64,000 nucleotides of DNA from Sminthopsis crassicaudata (taxonomy: Eukaryota). Of the stretch, positions 36,546-51,150 are shown in pieces. How positions within the stretch are numbered: the first letter of the stretch is position 1; every line of letters begins with the position of its first letter. The notes beneath the pieces are model-generated. The model was not told the origin of the DNA, did not search any database, and worked only from the letters and a program-made list of their open reading frames with translations. The translations under genes and the position numbers were made by a program. The stretch covers positions 250,360,055 through 250,424,054 of the forward strand of contig NC_133622.1 of assembly GCF_048593235.1 (NCBI RefSeq), read 5' to 3'.

Positions 36546-39500
36546 ATGGCTCACCGGCAGCCCCCGCCGCGGCCCGACGATCTCGAGTTTGGGGGGCCCC
36601 TGGGTAAGTGACGGGCCGGCCGGGCTCCGGGGGCGCCGCAGCCCCTGCGAGAGGAGGCGGCTCCGGGAGAGCTAGGGTTTCTGCAGGTGGAGTCTCGGCG
36701 GGAGGGGGTGGGGGGCAGGGGCTGGGAAAGGCCCGGGAGGCGGGCCAGGGCCAGGAGCTGGCGTCCCGGCGTCCCCTCGGTAGGACGGAGGGAGCCGCTA
36801 ACGGGGGCGGGCCGGCCTCCCGGGCAGGTAACGTTGTGGGGCAGGGGTTTGGGGATCCCCGGGTGAGCTGCTTTTCCCCGCAGGGACGGCTGCCATGCTG
36901 CTCCTACTCCCCGTCACCCTGTTCCACCTGCTCCTCACCTGCCACTCGGGCGCCTGCAGCCTGCTCAGCCTGCCCCCCCAGCTGCCTCCGGCCTCGGCCC
37001 TCTGGAGTCCCTGGGCCCTGCTGCTGCTGCTCCTCTGGCTGGGCCTGCAGGCCGCGCTCTACCTGCTGCCCATGGGCAAGGTGAGGGCAGCGCCTGGGGG
37101 AGAAGGGGCGGGCAGCCGGGCCGGGCCGGGTCCTCAGAGCTGCTCTCTGTCCTCCGCAGGTGTCTGAGGGCATGATGCTGAGGGACAAGAGCCACTTGCA
37201 ATATCCAATTAACGGTGCCAGTCCGCTTCCTCCCTAGACTTCCCCACCCGTCCCGGGCCCTTGTCTCGGCCCCCATTCTGTGCTAGGGAAAGGGGGTGGG
37301 GGTGGGGATCTGTTCCCATTGCCCCTCTGGGAGTGGGCTCCTCCTGCCCACGGCTCCTTGGGAAGTGGCCTGACCCCATGGGGCAGCCCCTTGCTGAGAC
37401 ACTGCCCCCCCCACCTGTCATTCTGCCTCAGGGGCCCTGCCCAGGCCCCCAACAGAGATGTATGTAGGGGCTTCCACTGTGGTTTTGGGGAGGCTCTTCC
37501 AACGAGATAGGCCCCTGCCCTGAGACTGAGCTCCAGGCCTTGTTTTCCAGGGTTCCGATGCCTGGCACTGACCGTGCTGCTGGTAGGGCTGGGGCTGGCA
37601 GGGGGTCTGCCCCTCGGGAAGCTCTCAGAGCTGCTCCTGCCTCTGGCTTCTGCAGCCACTGCTATAGCTTTCATCCTCAGCCTCCTTCTCTACCTGAAAT
37701 CCTTCACGGTGCCCCCTTCAGCTCTTGCCCCCGGGGGAAATTCAGGTAAGCCCCAAGGGATTTCCAGTCAGGGAGACTAGACCTTGGGTGGGTTCTGGAA
37801 CAGGGGCTGAGGAAGCACCTCACCTTCTGGGCTCTCCCATCTTCCCGATCCAGGGAACGTCATCTATGATTTCTTCCTTGGCCGAGAACTGAACCCGCGA
37901 TTCGGATTCTTTGACTTCAAGTATTTTTGTGAGCTTCGTCCAGGGATGATCGGTTGGGTAAGGGCTGACTCTGGGCCAGGGGGATTCCCTGCGGGGAAGG
38001 CTCAGGCAGACACTCAGACCAAAGAAGGCTTTAAAATGCGGAAGTAAACCTGGGCATTTTACAGGGTTGAGGGATATCCACTGGGGCAGCAGATAAAGTG
38101 CCCGGCCAAAATTCAGGAAGACTCCTTCCAGGTTGGAACCCAGCCTCAAGACACTCCCTAGCTGTGTGACTCTGGGCAAGTCACTTCACCCTGCAAATTT
38201 CCATTTCCTCATCTGTAAAATGAGCTGGAGTGGGAAATCTGTGCCAAGAAAACCCCGAATTGGATCACAGAGTTGGACAGGACTGAATGACGCATTTGGA
38301 TTAGCCGCTGTCGGCGACTGTTAGCGCCACAGAAAAATTGTCAAAAGAATCTCTGCCATGTGCCCTTTACTCTTGATTTCCCAATTTGTTATCTGTACAG
38401 AAGTACAGAAGGGGAGAAGAGGTGGAGTATGGGAGGAAGGAAGAAACCTTCTAGCAAAAAGAAGACAAAAAGCCGAGAAAGCTCAGCTTGGGACCAGAGG
38501 CCTGACTCCTTACAAAATAATAATCATGAAAAATAATAACACTAGCTAACATTTCCATAGGCCTCTTCTGTGCCAGGCACTGTGCTAAGTAAGCTCTTTA
38601 CAAATATTGTCTCATTTGATCCTCACAGCAACTCTGGAAGGTAGGGAGTATAATTATCCCCATTCTACAGTTAAGGAAACCGAGGCAGACAATGTTTGTA
38701 AGTGTGTGAGGCTGGATTTGAACTCAGGTCTCCCTGACTCAGTCTTGGCTGCCAGACTCTTTCCTGATGCCCTGGGATGGAGCCCAGGTTGCTCCAAGCA
38801 GGTTCTTCCGGTCCACGGAAGCATGGGTTAGCCTTCGTCTTCTCTGCCTAGGCCCTGATCAACCTGGCTATGCTTTTGCGGGAGGCAGAACGCCGGGAGG
38901 GTTGGCCTTCCTTGTCCATGGGGCTGGTCAATGCCTTCCAGCTTCTCTATGTGGTCGATGCTCTCTGGAACGAGGTGAGGCTGAGGGAGAAAGGGCAGTC
39001 TGCATCGTGGGCCCTGAGGGTGGGGAATCCAGGGCAGAAATGCTGTAATCACCGAGAACAGGTATCATGCTGTTCCATTCTCAGAACCCTGAGCGTGGGT
39101 GGGGAACAGCTCTTGTGGGAAGGGTTAGGGTGCATGGGTAGAACAGGACGCACAGTGTAGACAGGCGTGGGGGGCAAGAAGTTTGTTCTCTCAGACTGTT
39201 AACTATTCCTAACAGGAGGCAATTCTCACCACCATGGACATCATCCATGATGGCTTTGGCTTCATGCTGGCTTTTGGGGACCTGGCCTGGGTCCCCTTCA
39301 TCTACAGTCTTCAAGCCCAGTACCTCTTGAATCATCCCCAGTCATTGGAACTGCCTGTGGCTGGGGCCATTTGTCTGCTGTTTGGTTAGTTGATGGGCAA
39401 GGGGCTGGAGGAATTGGGTTTCAGTCCCAGTTCTAACCGAGGGCCATGATCAAGTTCTCTATGACAAAGGGGGTGGAAATGTCGAAGACTCTTTCCAACG

Positions 39501-40332
39501 CTGGCATTCCATAGCCCAGTGGGGGATGGGGAAGGGAGACAAACAGGGGACAAGATGGCACAGTGGAGAGTGATGGGCCAGGAGTTACTCATCTCAGATC
39601 TGTTCTTTCTCCCATAGCAATTGGCTATTTTATTTTTCGTGGGGCCAACACACAAAAAAATACCTTCCGGAGGGACCCTTCAGACCCCAGTGTGGCTGGT
39701 GAGTTGGGATGAGGGGCAGGAGGAATATGCTGGAAGAATTTGGGCTTCTGCCTTTTTGATTTTTGGTCCCCTCCATCTATCCCAGGCCTCCAGACTATCC
39801 CCACAGCTACTGGACGGCGCCTGCTGGTGTCAGGGTGGTGGGGTATGGTCCGGCATCCTAACTACCTTGGGGACCTCATCATGGCTCTGGCCTGGTCTCT
39901 GCCCTGTGGTGAGTTGGCTGTTATAAAAAGAAAGCTTTGGCTGCCGGAGTCAGGGGGAGACGCTGGCAGGGCCCAGGCTTAAGCTCTCGATTCTAGATGG
40001 CTGGGAGGAGAGGATGCTGGGGGCCGGGTCACCGAAGGAGCTGGGATGGAAGCGACCCACCCCTGGGGAAGGGACCTGGGCAGGGTTTGGCGAAGTGAGG
40101 GGCTCTCCACGATGACCTCCGAGGGGAGATGTGCTCCTTGTCCAAACTGAAGCCGCTGTCTCCGTTGGCAGGGGTGACACACCTGCTTCCCTACTTCTAC
40201 GTTGTCTACTTCACCATCTTGCTGGTGCACAGGGAGGACCGGGATGAGCGCCAGTGTCTCCAGAAGTACGGCCTGGCCTGGAGGGAATACTGTGCCCGAG
40301 TGCCCTACCGCATCATACCCTACGTGTACTGA
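36546..40332 (+). CDS. TM7SF2: Delta(14)-sterol reductase (ERG4/ERG24 family), 10 coding exons
   Basis: Exons 36546-36603, 36884-37080, 37160-37214, 37551-37745, 37854-37957, 38852-38974, 39216-39384, 39618-39698, 39786-39908, 40172-40332. [57 protein letters not shown]. Confidence 0.97.
38130..38292 (+). mobile_element. MAR1-like SINE in TM7SF2 intron
   Basis: ctagctgtgtgactctgggcaagtcacttcac...tttcctcatctgtaaaatgagctggag...cacagagttggacaggactgaa. Confidence 0.7.
38540..38745 (-). mobile_element. MIR-like SINE
   Basis: tgtgccaggcactgtgctaag...tcatttgatcctcacagcaac...cccattctacagttaaggaaaccgaggc...ggatttgaactcagg. Confidence 0.75.
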
Positions 40333-40723
40333 GCCTGCCCGCCCACAGATGAAGGAGGGGAGAGGGGGAGAGACGCCCTGCCCCCTGCTGCCCATCCTCT
40401 GAGTTCCCCTTCCTAGAGGGCGTGGCCAGTTTGAAAAATGGTGGGTGTCAACCATCTGGAAGAAATGCCCAAGGACTGCCGGCCCTCTCCCTCCCCCAGG
40501 GCGCTAGACCCAGGAGCCGAGGACACCGCCCCTTTGGGCAGATTCCTGATAGTCGGAAGCTGAGGTTCCTCCCAGGAGGCAGAAGGAAGGCTGGGGGGAG
40601 GGGCATCTGAATTCTCAGAATACAGATCCTGCAGAAGGACCGTCCTTAGGTCTCGGAGTCTTTGCCTGCCCTGGGGGCGGGGGGCGGGGCCTACACCCCC
40701 CAGGAGGTCGGTCTCCAGGCGCC

Positions 40724-40866
40724 TTTATTGGGGGAGGCGGACACACAAGCACACACATACAGAGCCCACGAGGCCCGGGTCCGTTTCCAGGTGCCTTTAT
40801 TCTGGGGAAAGGGGGCACACACACACAGAGCCCACGAGGCCCGGTCCGTCTCAAGACGCCTTTATT
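40724..40866 (-). terminator. Three tandem AATAAA cassettes downstream of ZNHIT2
   Basis: tttatt at 40724-40729, 40796-40801 and 40861-40866, within about 70-bp repeated units (cacacagagcccacgaggccc..gtccgt..gcctttatt). Confidence 0.8.
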
Positions 40867-40892
40867 CGGGGTCGAGACAGGGCCAACTGCCT

Positions 40893-42038
40893 TCAGGCCA
40901 GCTCTTGGATGAGGGTCCTCGGGGCCGGGGGGCGTGGGCCCCCCCACAGGCGCTCCAGCTCGGCGCTCAGGGCCTCCACGTGGCCTGCCTCCTCCTCCTC
41001 GGCGCGGTACTCTTGCGCACAATCCAAGGCTAGCGGTGTGAGCGCTTCCTCGTGCTCGTTGGTCCAGGACAGTAGATATTGGCATTTCTTGCGCGCTCGG
41101 TAGAGACGTTCTCGGAGCTCGCCCGCGGGCACCAGGTTGCGCGCGCGCCCGAATGCGCGCGCCAGTTGCGCCAGCGCTGCTAGAGAGAAGTTCTTCTGCA
41201 CGCCGGGTTGCGCACTCTCGCCCAGCAGGAGGCGCGCGACTTCACGCATAGCACCGCGCGGTCCCAGGGGCCCTGGTGGATGCGCGCCGGCACTCAGCGC
41301 GTGCGCAGCCGCATGCAGCGCCTCGCGCGTGGAGCGGAAGGCCTGGCGGGCGCCGAGTGCGCCGGCTACGCCCAGCACGGTGGAGCACACGTCCAGCAAC
41401 AGCTCTGGGTCGTCGTCGAGGCCGCCGTGGTAGAGGCACTGCGCATGCGCGTAGGCGAAGAGCACGTTGGGGAGCTGGAAGCGAAGCAGGGGCGAGGGCG
41501 CGCGGCCGCCGCAGAGCCGCGCCAAGGCGGGGATGACGTCGGGCAGGGGCGGTGGCGTGGCCACAGGTTCGACCTCGCCCTGGGGGACGGGTGTGGGCTC
41601 AGGCGCGGGCCTTTCGGCGTCCTCCTCGTGCACGTGCAGCTCTTCCAGCAGTGATACCCGAGCACCTGCGCGCCACCACCACGGCCGCCACGGTGGCAGT
41701 AGCCGCCCGGCCTCGCCTCGACTCAGGAGCCGCTCGAAGGCCGCCTTCTCGGCGGGCTGCAGCCGCTCCCACAGGCCCCCCAGGCCCTGGCCTTCCTCCG
41801 GCGCCTCGGTCTCGCGCTGCTGCCGCAGCCGGCGCAGGGCGCCCGCCAGGCGGCTGGGCGAGGCGGTGCGGCCTCGGAGCTCGCCCAGCACCTGGTCCCG
41901 GTAGAAGGCCTCGGCGCAGGCCCCGTGCGCCCGGTAGCAGGGCAGCGAGCAGTAGGGCACGTTGCAGCGGGGGCAGGTGTAGCGCGCCGGCCGCTCCTCG
42001 CCAGGGGGGCACTGGCCGCACGGCCCCGTGGGCTCCAT
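40893..42038 (-). CDS. ZNHIT2: Zinc finger HIT-type containing 2, intronless, 381 aa
   Basis: MEPTGPCGQC...RYTCPRCNVPYCSLPCYRAHGACAEAFY (zf-HIT); C-terminus PRTLIQELA*. ATG at 42036-42038. Confidence 0.96.
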   Translation of the reverse strand: MEPTGPCGQCPPGEERPARYTCPRCNVPYCSLPCYRAHGACAEAFYRDQVLGELRGRTASPSRLAGALRRLRQQRETEAPEEGQGLGGLWERLQPAEKAAFERLLSRGEAGRLLPPWRPWWWRAGARVSLLEELHVHEEDAERPAPEPTPVPQGEVEPVATPPPLPDVIPALARLCGGRAPSPLLRFQLPNVLFAYAHAQCLYHGGLDDDPELLLDVCSTVLGVAGALGARQAFRSTREALHAAAHALSAGAHPPGPLGPRGAMREVARLLLGESAQPGVQKNFSLAALAQLARAFGRARNLVPAGELRERLYRARKKCQYLLSWTNEHEEALTPLALDCAQEYRAEEEEAGHVEALSAELERLWGGPRPPAPRTLIQELA

Positions 42039-42469
42039 GGCTACGGCCTTCGCCGGGCCCGGAAGTGCCTCCCGCCGTTTTCCGCTCAGCTTCGCGGTAC
42101 TTCCGCTGGTGCGGGGCTTAGCTCTGTGATCGCGGAAGCCTCCGCCCCTGTGCTTCCGGCAGCGCTCTGATTGGCTTTGGAACCTTGAGGGCGGGCCCCC
42201 GGGTTCTTCCGGCACAGTCTCTGGCCGTATCCCCTCCCACGTTCCTTGGAAACTCTTTGGAGTGGGCGGGCTTCTGACTTGGAAGGGAGGGCTAGACTTT
42301 CCGTGACCACGGCGGGTCAGAGCAGCTCCCAGCCCCCTCTAGTGAGAAATACGTCCGATAGGGATCCATATATTACGAGCTCCGTCGTTTCTCACGCGGG
42401 GCCCGTGGAGCTCGCCCTTACACCCCGTCCCTCTAGGATTAGTGCATTCATTAAGCGGGCAGCTGTGTG

Positions 42470-42560
42470 TGCCATGAAGGAGGAGGGGCTGCGAGCCGAG
42501 ATGTGTCCTAGCTGTAATCATATAACCCTGCCTCAGTTTCCTCATCTGCTAAATGAACTC
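42470..42560 (+). mobile_element. MIR-like SINE fragment
   Basis: cctagctgtaatcatataaccctgcctcagtttcctcatctgctaaatg. Confidence 0.5.
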
Positions 42561-43631
42561 TGGAAATAGCAAACGAGTTGTAGAGAGCCAGAGCTCTGGA
42601 GCTTATTTGAAACAGGGCGTTAACTCAGAGGAATGGGTAAGACAATAGTTATCGGTTACCATGGTACTTAACGTAGTTGTACAAGATTCACACCAACGAC
42701 TTATTAAGAGTATCTAAGAACCAACAAGGACCAGCTGAGAGACATTCATTCCATCTCACACCATGGTAGACGCTGGCCTGTCCTTCACTCTGGGGCTCGG
42801 CTCTTTCTGGAGGGCTTTCAGAGGGGACTTGGTTTCAGTGATGAACTGAACAGAGCTGCCTCCACATGACACCGGCACTGGCTCTTTGCCCCCAAAGCGC
42901 ACCTAGCAATATTTGGGATCATTTTGATCTGGCATCCTTCCTAAACATCAGCCTGGGGGATTGGCCAAGGCCACGGCAGTGGGACTTGCTCTCTGCGGCC
43001 ACAGCAATGCAACTAATTCTATTTAATAGAATACTGGCCTGGTCCCCAACTCACAATTTGAACTCAAGACTGCTTCCTTCCCCCCAAACCAGATTAAATG
43101 GACCCAGCATTCATTTGTGAAACTTTCCATTCAAATCAGTCCTTTCCTCATACCAACGGGGTGGAAATGCCAAGGAGGGCAAACCAGTCCTACCATCTCA
43201 CTCCCAAAACTTACTGTTTTGAGATTGACAAGACACAGCTGAAGGAAATCTAAGAAATCTCATTACTGCTTTAGAAATTAAGAAGTGGTCACTTTGATCT
43301 GCCTGGTGCCAACACCTGATACCAGATTTAAATTTTGCACATAGGATTCTGATTTGTCTTGTTCATAGTTTCAACTAGTGAGTCAAAAATGGGCAGAGAT
43401 TGGGTGTAGAAATACAAGTATCAACAACGGAAGCTTATGGCGACTTTCTCAGCCAATTCCTGACAAGCGCAGGGCCTCCCTCCCCCCACCCCAGCTGCTT
43501 GGAGTGCCCTTTTTCTGCTCTCCCTTCACTTTTCCTCAAGGCCTGAAAACATTCATTTCCCAGGAAAACAATTAAGAGTCTCAGTATAGTAGTAGCGGCT
43601 TTATTGGGGACAGACGGAAACTACCACTGGG

Positions 43632-46055
<2,424 letters not shown>

Positions 46056-46245
46056 GGTGGCGACTGCGGAGACACAGGAGGAGCGGCTGAGCCGGGGCCG
46101 GGAGAGGCCGCCAAGGGCCGAGAGGGGCTCGGGACAGGGCGGGCGAGAGGCCTGGGGCCGGTCGGACCAGATGAGGGTCTGGAGCTCCGGGGACGCCTCG
46201 TGCCTCGGCCTCCCCGCTCCCCCCGGCCTCGGGCCGCGCACTTAC

Positions 46246-46301
46246 CTCGGACACGCTAGTCCTGCTTCCGCCGCGGCGAAGATGGAGACCAGAAAGAGAG
46301 G
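46246..46301 (-). promoter_or_regulatory. FAU: FAU non-coding exon 1 starting with a 5'TOP/TCT motif
   Basis: Minus strand cctctctttct (46291-46301); donor GAG|gtaag at 46246; acceptor before 46063. Confidence 0.8.
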
Positions 46302-46548
46302 CAGAAGCCGAGGGCGCGCACGTTCGTCTTAGCACGCCGAGTGCGTCGTGGCGCAGGAGGACGCGCCCGTCCCCTTTGGCCAATCGGAGGAGCGCAACGT
46401 CCAGGGGAGGAAGTCGCAAGTTCGAACCGGTGCGGACGCGAGGGAAGGGAGGCGGGACCGGGCTCCGCGTGCATCGCGCCTGCGCGAGACGGGCAGTGGG
46501 CGGGGCTAGGCAGGCGGAAATCCTCCCCCGGACGCTAAGGGCTGCGGG

Positions 46549-49499
46549 ATGGCGGCGGCGGCGGTCGTGGCTTCCGCTCTCCGCATAGGGCTGCGAGCCT
46601 GCTGGCGGCCGGGACCCTCGGCCTGCGGGCTCCGCTGGCAGGTGAAGGCGGCCTCGCCTCTGTCTGGGCCGGGGTTGGGGGAGGGAACCCTCTGAAGGAG
46701 CCTGGTCCTTAAGCGTCCTTTACAGCCCCTCGTCCGGCCCCTGCGGGTGTAAATGGGGAAACTGAGGCCCTGAGAAAGAGCCCCCTCCCACCCCGATTTA
46801 CAGGTGGGACCCGAGTCCCACGAAGGGCAAGGTCACATCGGGGACCCACAGCATGACCGCCCCTGCGCGCGGGTCCGAGCCTCTTCGCAGTGTGCCCGAC
46901 ATGCAGTAAGCGCCTAATAAGTGCTCGTTAGCGAGTCGGGACCAGCCTGGCCGCGGGCTGGAATGGGGGGTTCGGGACCTGGATGTCGGGAAGGGGGGGG
47001 AGGGTGACTAAACCCCCCCCCCCCCACCGGGCCTGTTTCCTCTGTCCCTCATCGCGGCGGAGCCTTTCTCCTGAACCCTGCCTGGGGGGTCTGAGGGAGG
47101 TCTGGAGCCGGGGCCTGCTCTAACCATTTCTCTGTGTGTGCGCGCGTGCGTGGGAGCCTGTGTGAGGTGTGTCCACCTGCGCGAGCTGAGCGCTCCTAAT
47201 TCACACTTGTGCTGGTAGACGCACGTGTGGGGGGGATCACTTGATGTTACAATGCTAAAGTGGGGGGTGGGGGTGTCACGGCTCTTTCCCAGGGGGGCGG
47301 GCTTAAGAAAGCTCTAGAGAGAAGGGTCCCAGGGAAGCTGGGACCCTGGAGGCAGGGGCAGGGAGGAGGATGGAGCCTCTGCTCTGAGGCCTGGCTTCTT
47401 CAGCCAATCAGTAAGCATTTATCTTGTGCCTGCTGGGTCCGGGCTCTGGGCTGGGAAGGCCAAAACGAACCGCCCCAAGGGAGGGCTGGGTCCATCAACC
47501 ATCAACCAGCCTCCTGCAGGCGGCACTAGATTGGGGTGGAATCTCATAAGAGGGAGGGGAGAAGCGTGAACATGCCCGGCCTGGGCCCCCGCTTCCTCTC
47601 TGCCCCAGCCGGCCCGGGCCTGAGACTGGCAGAGCAGCCAGGAGGTCCCTGCAGGGGTCCGGACCAGAGAGAAAAACCTGCCCCTCAAAGAGGCCCCAAA
47701 GGGGACCGAGCCTGGCAGCGCCTTCGCCGAGGGAGCCCGGTTTTCCTTCAGGCAGCTGCGCCTGGTCCCAGTTCTGCCCCTTTGTTACTTGTGCTCCGAC
47801 TCGGCATCCCACAAGCCTCTGGCAGCTTCATGGTCCCTCCCAGGCTCTGCCGTCCCGGATCCCGAAAGGCTGCTGTGGGGCTTGGGGGAGGGGGCAGCGG
47901 GCCTCTGGCCCTGGGCATCCCAGGATGCCCCTTTCTGCTGGGCTCCTTGCAGGGAAGGCAGAACCTTGGATGTGCATTTCTGCTGTCAGTGCTGCCCAGG
48001 AGGATCCTTAGTGGGACCGGGATTGGTTAGGGAGTCTCCTCTAGCCCGCATACAGCAGGTACTTCCTAAGTGCTTGGCATGTGAAGGATTCAGTTCATTC
48101 TGTCTCAGAGGCAGGCTCAGGCACTTGCCATTGGAGGGCCATGAAGGCCTTAAAAGATGCACTCCCCCTCCCCCTGCTCCTTCCTTCTCATTGGAGGGCC
48201 GGCTAGTCCAACCCTCTTCCCTTCAAATGAGAAAACTGAAGGAAGGGAAAATGAGATGGAGATGAGATCAGCAAAGCCAGACTGTGGGGGCTTCAGGGAC
48301 TGATGGGACCTCTCTGCCGCAGAGCCAGAGCCGGGAGCCGGCTGCCTATCCTGGAGTCGTGGAGTCCTCGGAAGAATACGCCTTTGTGGAGCGCCTCATC
48401 CCTCCCACCAGCATCCCGGAGCCCCCCAGACATCAGAGCTACCCCACCCCAAGTGGCTGGCAGCCCCCTCGAGGTGAGCAAGCAGCGGCTTGGGCTGTGG
48501 GACTTCGGGAAGAACGTGGGGTTTGGCAGCGCAAGGGACCTCAGGAACGATCCTGGATTTCCAAGGCTGAGAGAGGTCACTTGCAGTCCTGTCCGAAGGC
48601 CACCCAAGAAGCTGGGCCAGGATTTGGACCCAGGGCCGTTTCTGGGGGCCACAGTCCACAGTAAAGAGCTGTTCAGCTCACGGGGTTAGCCGCAGGCTTG
48701 CGAGCTTGTTGCCCTGGAGAGAAGTCCTCCAGGCCCGGGAGCACTCCTTCATAGAGAAGCCAGGGCCATTGGAGACTCCAAACCCCTATGAGGTACTTAG
48801 GACAATGTTTTAAAAATAAAATACCCAGGATTACAAAGGAAATTGGGATCCCACAGAAACTCACTGGAGATGGGCTCTGATGCCCCGAGCATTAGCTCGA
48901 GATCCAGAAACTTCATCCCAATTCAGACTAATGGGGAGGGCCTTCCGTTGCCTCAGTCCGGGATGCCCCGGGTAGAAGAGGGGAGGTGCTGAGTGACTGA
49001 GCCCAGGGGTGAAGGTGGGAGCCATTCAGCTCCACTCCGGGGATTGTCCTCAGAGCCAGGGCAGCCCCGGCCTTTGGATGGGGACCCAGGAGCCTCAGCT
49101 CAGTCCGGTTTCTTCCCCTCAGACCCACCACCGAACCTCCCCTACTTCATTCGTCGCTCCCGGATGCACAACGTTCCCGTCTACACGGAGCTCACACATG
49201 GCAACCGAAAGATGACTCTGATCCGAAAGGTGGAGGGGGACATTTGGGTAAGTCAGAGGGTCTTGGGGGAAAGCCAGGAAATATGGGATGTGGAGCCGTG
49301 ACTGGCAGGGGCCAAGCACTGGGTCCTACTGGTTTCTCTGTCCCCCCCCAAGGCCCTGCAGAAAGATGTGGAAGAATTCCTGACTCCTCTCCTGGGGAAG
49401 ATGCCTGTGACCCAGGTCAATGAGGTCACCAGGACGCTGCGGATCAAGGGTTATTTTGACCAACAACTCAAGGCCTGGCTTCTGGAGAAGGGCTTCTGA
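46549..49499 (+). CDS. MRPL49: Mitochondrial ribosomal protein L49 (mL49), 171 aa, 4 exons
   Basis: Exons 46549-46641, 48323-48473, 49123-49247, 49353-49499. [11 protein letters not shown]|[21 protein letters not shown]...KVEGDIW|ALQKDVEEF...KAWLLEKGF*; head-to-head with FAU. Confidence 0.96.
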
Positions 49500-49601
49500 A
49501 GTAGCCTCTGTGGAAGGCCCACAGCACCCCTCCTGCTCTCCATTTGTGGCTGGGAGTCTCCAAGGGGATTCTAGGCAAGTTTTGTCAAAATTATTCTTTT
49601 A

Positions 49602-49732
49602 GGGACAGCTAGGTGGCACAGTGGATAGGGCATGGGCACTGAAATCAGGACGACCTAGGTTTAAAATCTGATCTCAGACACCTCCTAGAGGTGTGACCCT
49701 GAGCAAGTCACTTAACCCCGCTTATATCAGCC
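49602..49732 (+). mobile_element. Marsupial SINE in the MRPL49 3'UTR
   Basis: gggacagctaggtggcacagtggatagg...gtgtgaccctgagcaagtcacttaaccc. Confidence 0.8.
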
Positions 49733-50007
49733 AAAAAAGAAAAATTTCTTTTAATTACTCCCCAGTTTGTAGTGAGGAGGAGCATTCCAGGGAAATTTCC
49801 CTGAAAGGAAAAATATTTCTCATGTAGCCAGTGCCAAAAACTGATAGAGGCCTTAGCCAAAAGGGGTCTTCCCCATTCAGTTCTGGACTAGGAATCAACA
49901 GCAGCCTAAGGAAGACCAGCAGGGCACAAAGGAAAGAAGACATCACCACCAGTACCCAGGGAGAAGGGGTACCATGTCACAACCTGGCACCAACTTTAAT
50001 GCAAGTT

Positions 50008-50068
50008 TTTATTTTGGCCGTATATACAATTGAGGCTATTAAAATTTGTACAATATTTACAAATTAAA
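50008..50068. terminator. Crossed poly(A) signals: SYVN1 (- AATAAA) and MRPL49 (+ ATTAAA)
   Basis: tttatt at 50008-50013 and attaaa at 50063-50068. Confidence 0.6.
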
Positions 50069-51150
50069 TAATCTGAAACTGTCTCCAGCAACTTTTGTAA
50101 CACACAAAATACAGGGCAACAAAGGAGAGCAGAGGGAGGCTGGGCCCACTCCTGGCAACGCAGACCTGGAGAAACCCTGAGCAAGGCTCCCTCCCCCCCT
50201 CCCCTCCTGGGCTAGCGGAAGTGAGCTCTCAAGTTGGGTTATGACCAAAAAGAGGGCAGTAAGAAACTCCCCCCCTCCCCAAAGCAATGAGTTTCAGAAA
50301 GCTGCTGGTGCTTCCTGGCCCGGGACAGGTCTGGTCCAGAGGCTGGCCTTGTTCTGGCCCAGTCTGGGCAGAAGAAAAGCGAGCTTTCTGGCCAGGGGCG
50401 GCTCAAGCCTCTTCACACCTGAGCACCGCACGCTGCCAATGTCCCATCGTGTCACTAGTGGGGAGCGGCTCAGCAGGGGTGTCTCCCTCAGGGGCCCTCC
50501 ACCCAGAACAGGCTGTCTTAGCCTGGCCCAAGTACTCCTGACACATATGGAGGTGCCTGTAGGACACAGACGGGAGTGGGAAGGGGCAATGGGGCGCTAC
50601 TGGTACTACAAACAGACTGCTGGAGGTAGGGGTCGTAGAAGCCCAGCTCGCCTTGAGCCCCTGGGAGCAAGAGCTAATACTGTTGGGAGCAGGGGCCACT
50701 CCCTCAGCCTTGAGCTGGGCTCTGCAGCTCTGAGGAAACGCATCTTCAGAATGTCCGCCCTCCTCCCAGCTTCCCCCAAAGGGAGGAGTAATGGGGCCGG
50801 AAACTGGCTTCTCAGGGGCCTCCAGAGCCCCAGTTCTGCCTGGAGTTAGGACAGGCTGCATGGGCTGGGCAAAGGTCAGGAAGGAGGCTGACCCACAGAC
50901 CTCTAGCCCACCACTCCAGCGGGCACATAAACGGCCCAAGCCACATGACTTGAATTTGGGAGCTCCCAGGTGGCACGAGCGGGGGTCAGGCCTTTCTTCC
51001 AGTCGGGAGAGGAAGTCGGAACCTCACATTCTTTTCCAAAGCCTGGTGAGAGGAGAGATGGCACTTGGCGGTGGGATCCACTTCTCACCCAAGCACGAGG
51101 GCACCACAGTCAAAACACAAGGTTGGGGAGTGGGACGAGGTCAAGCAGTG

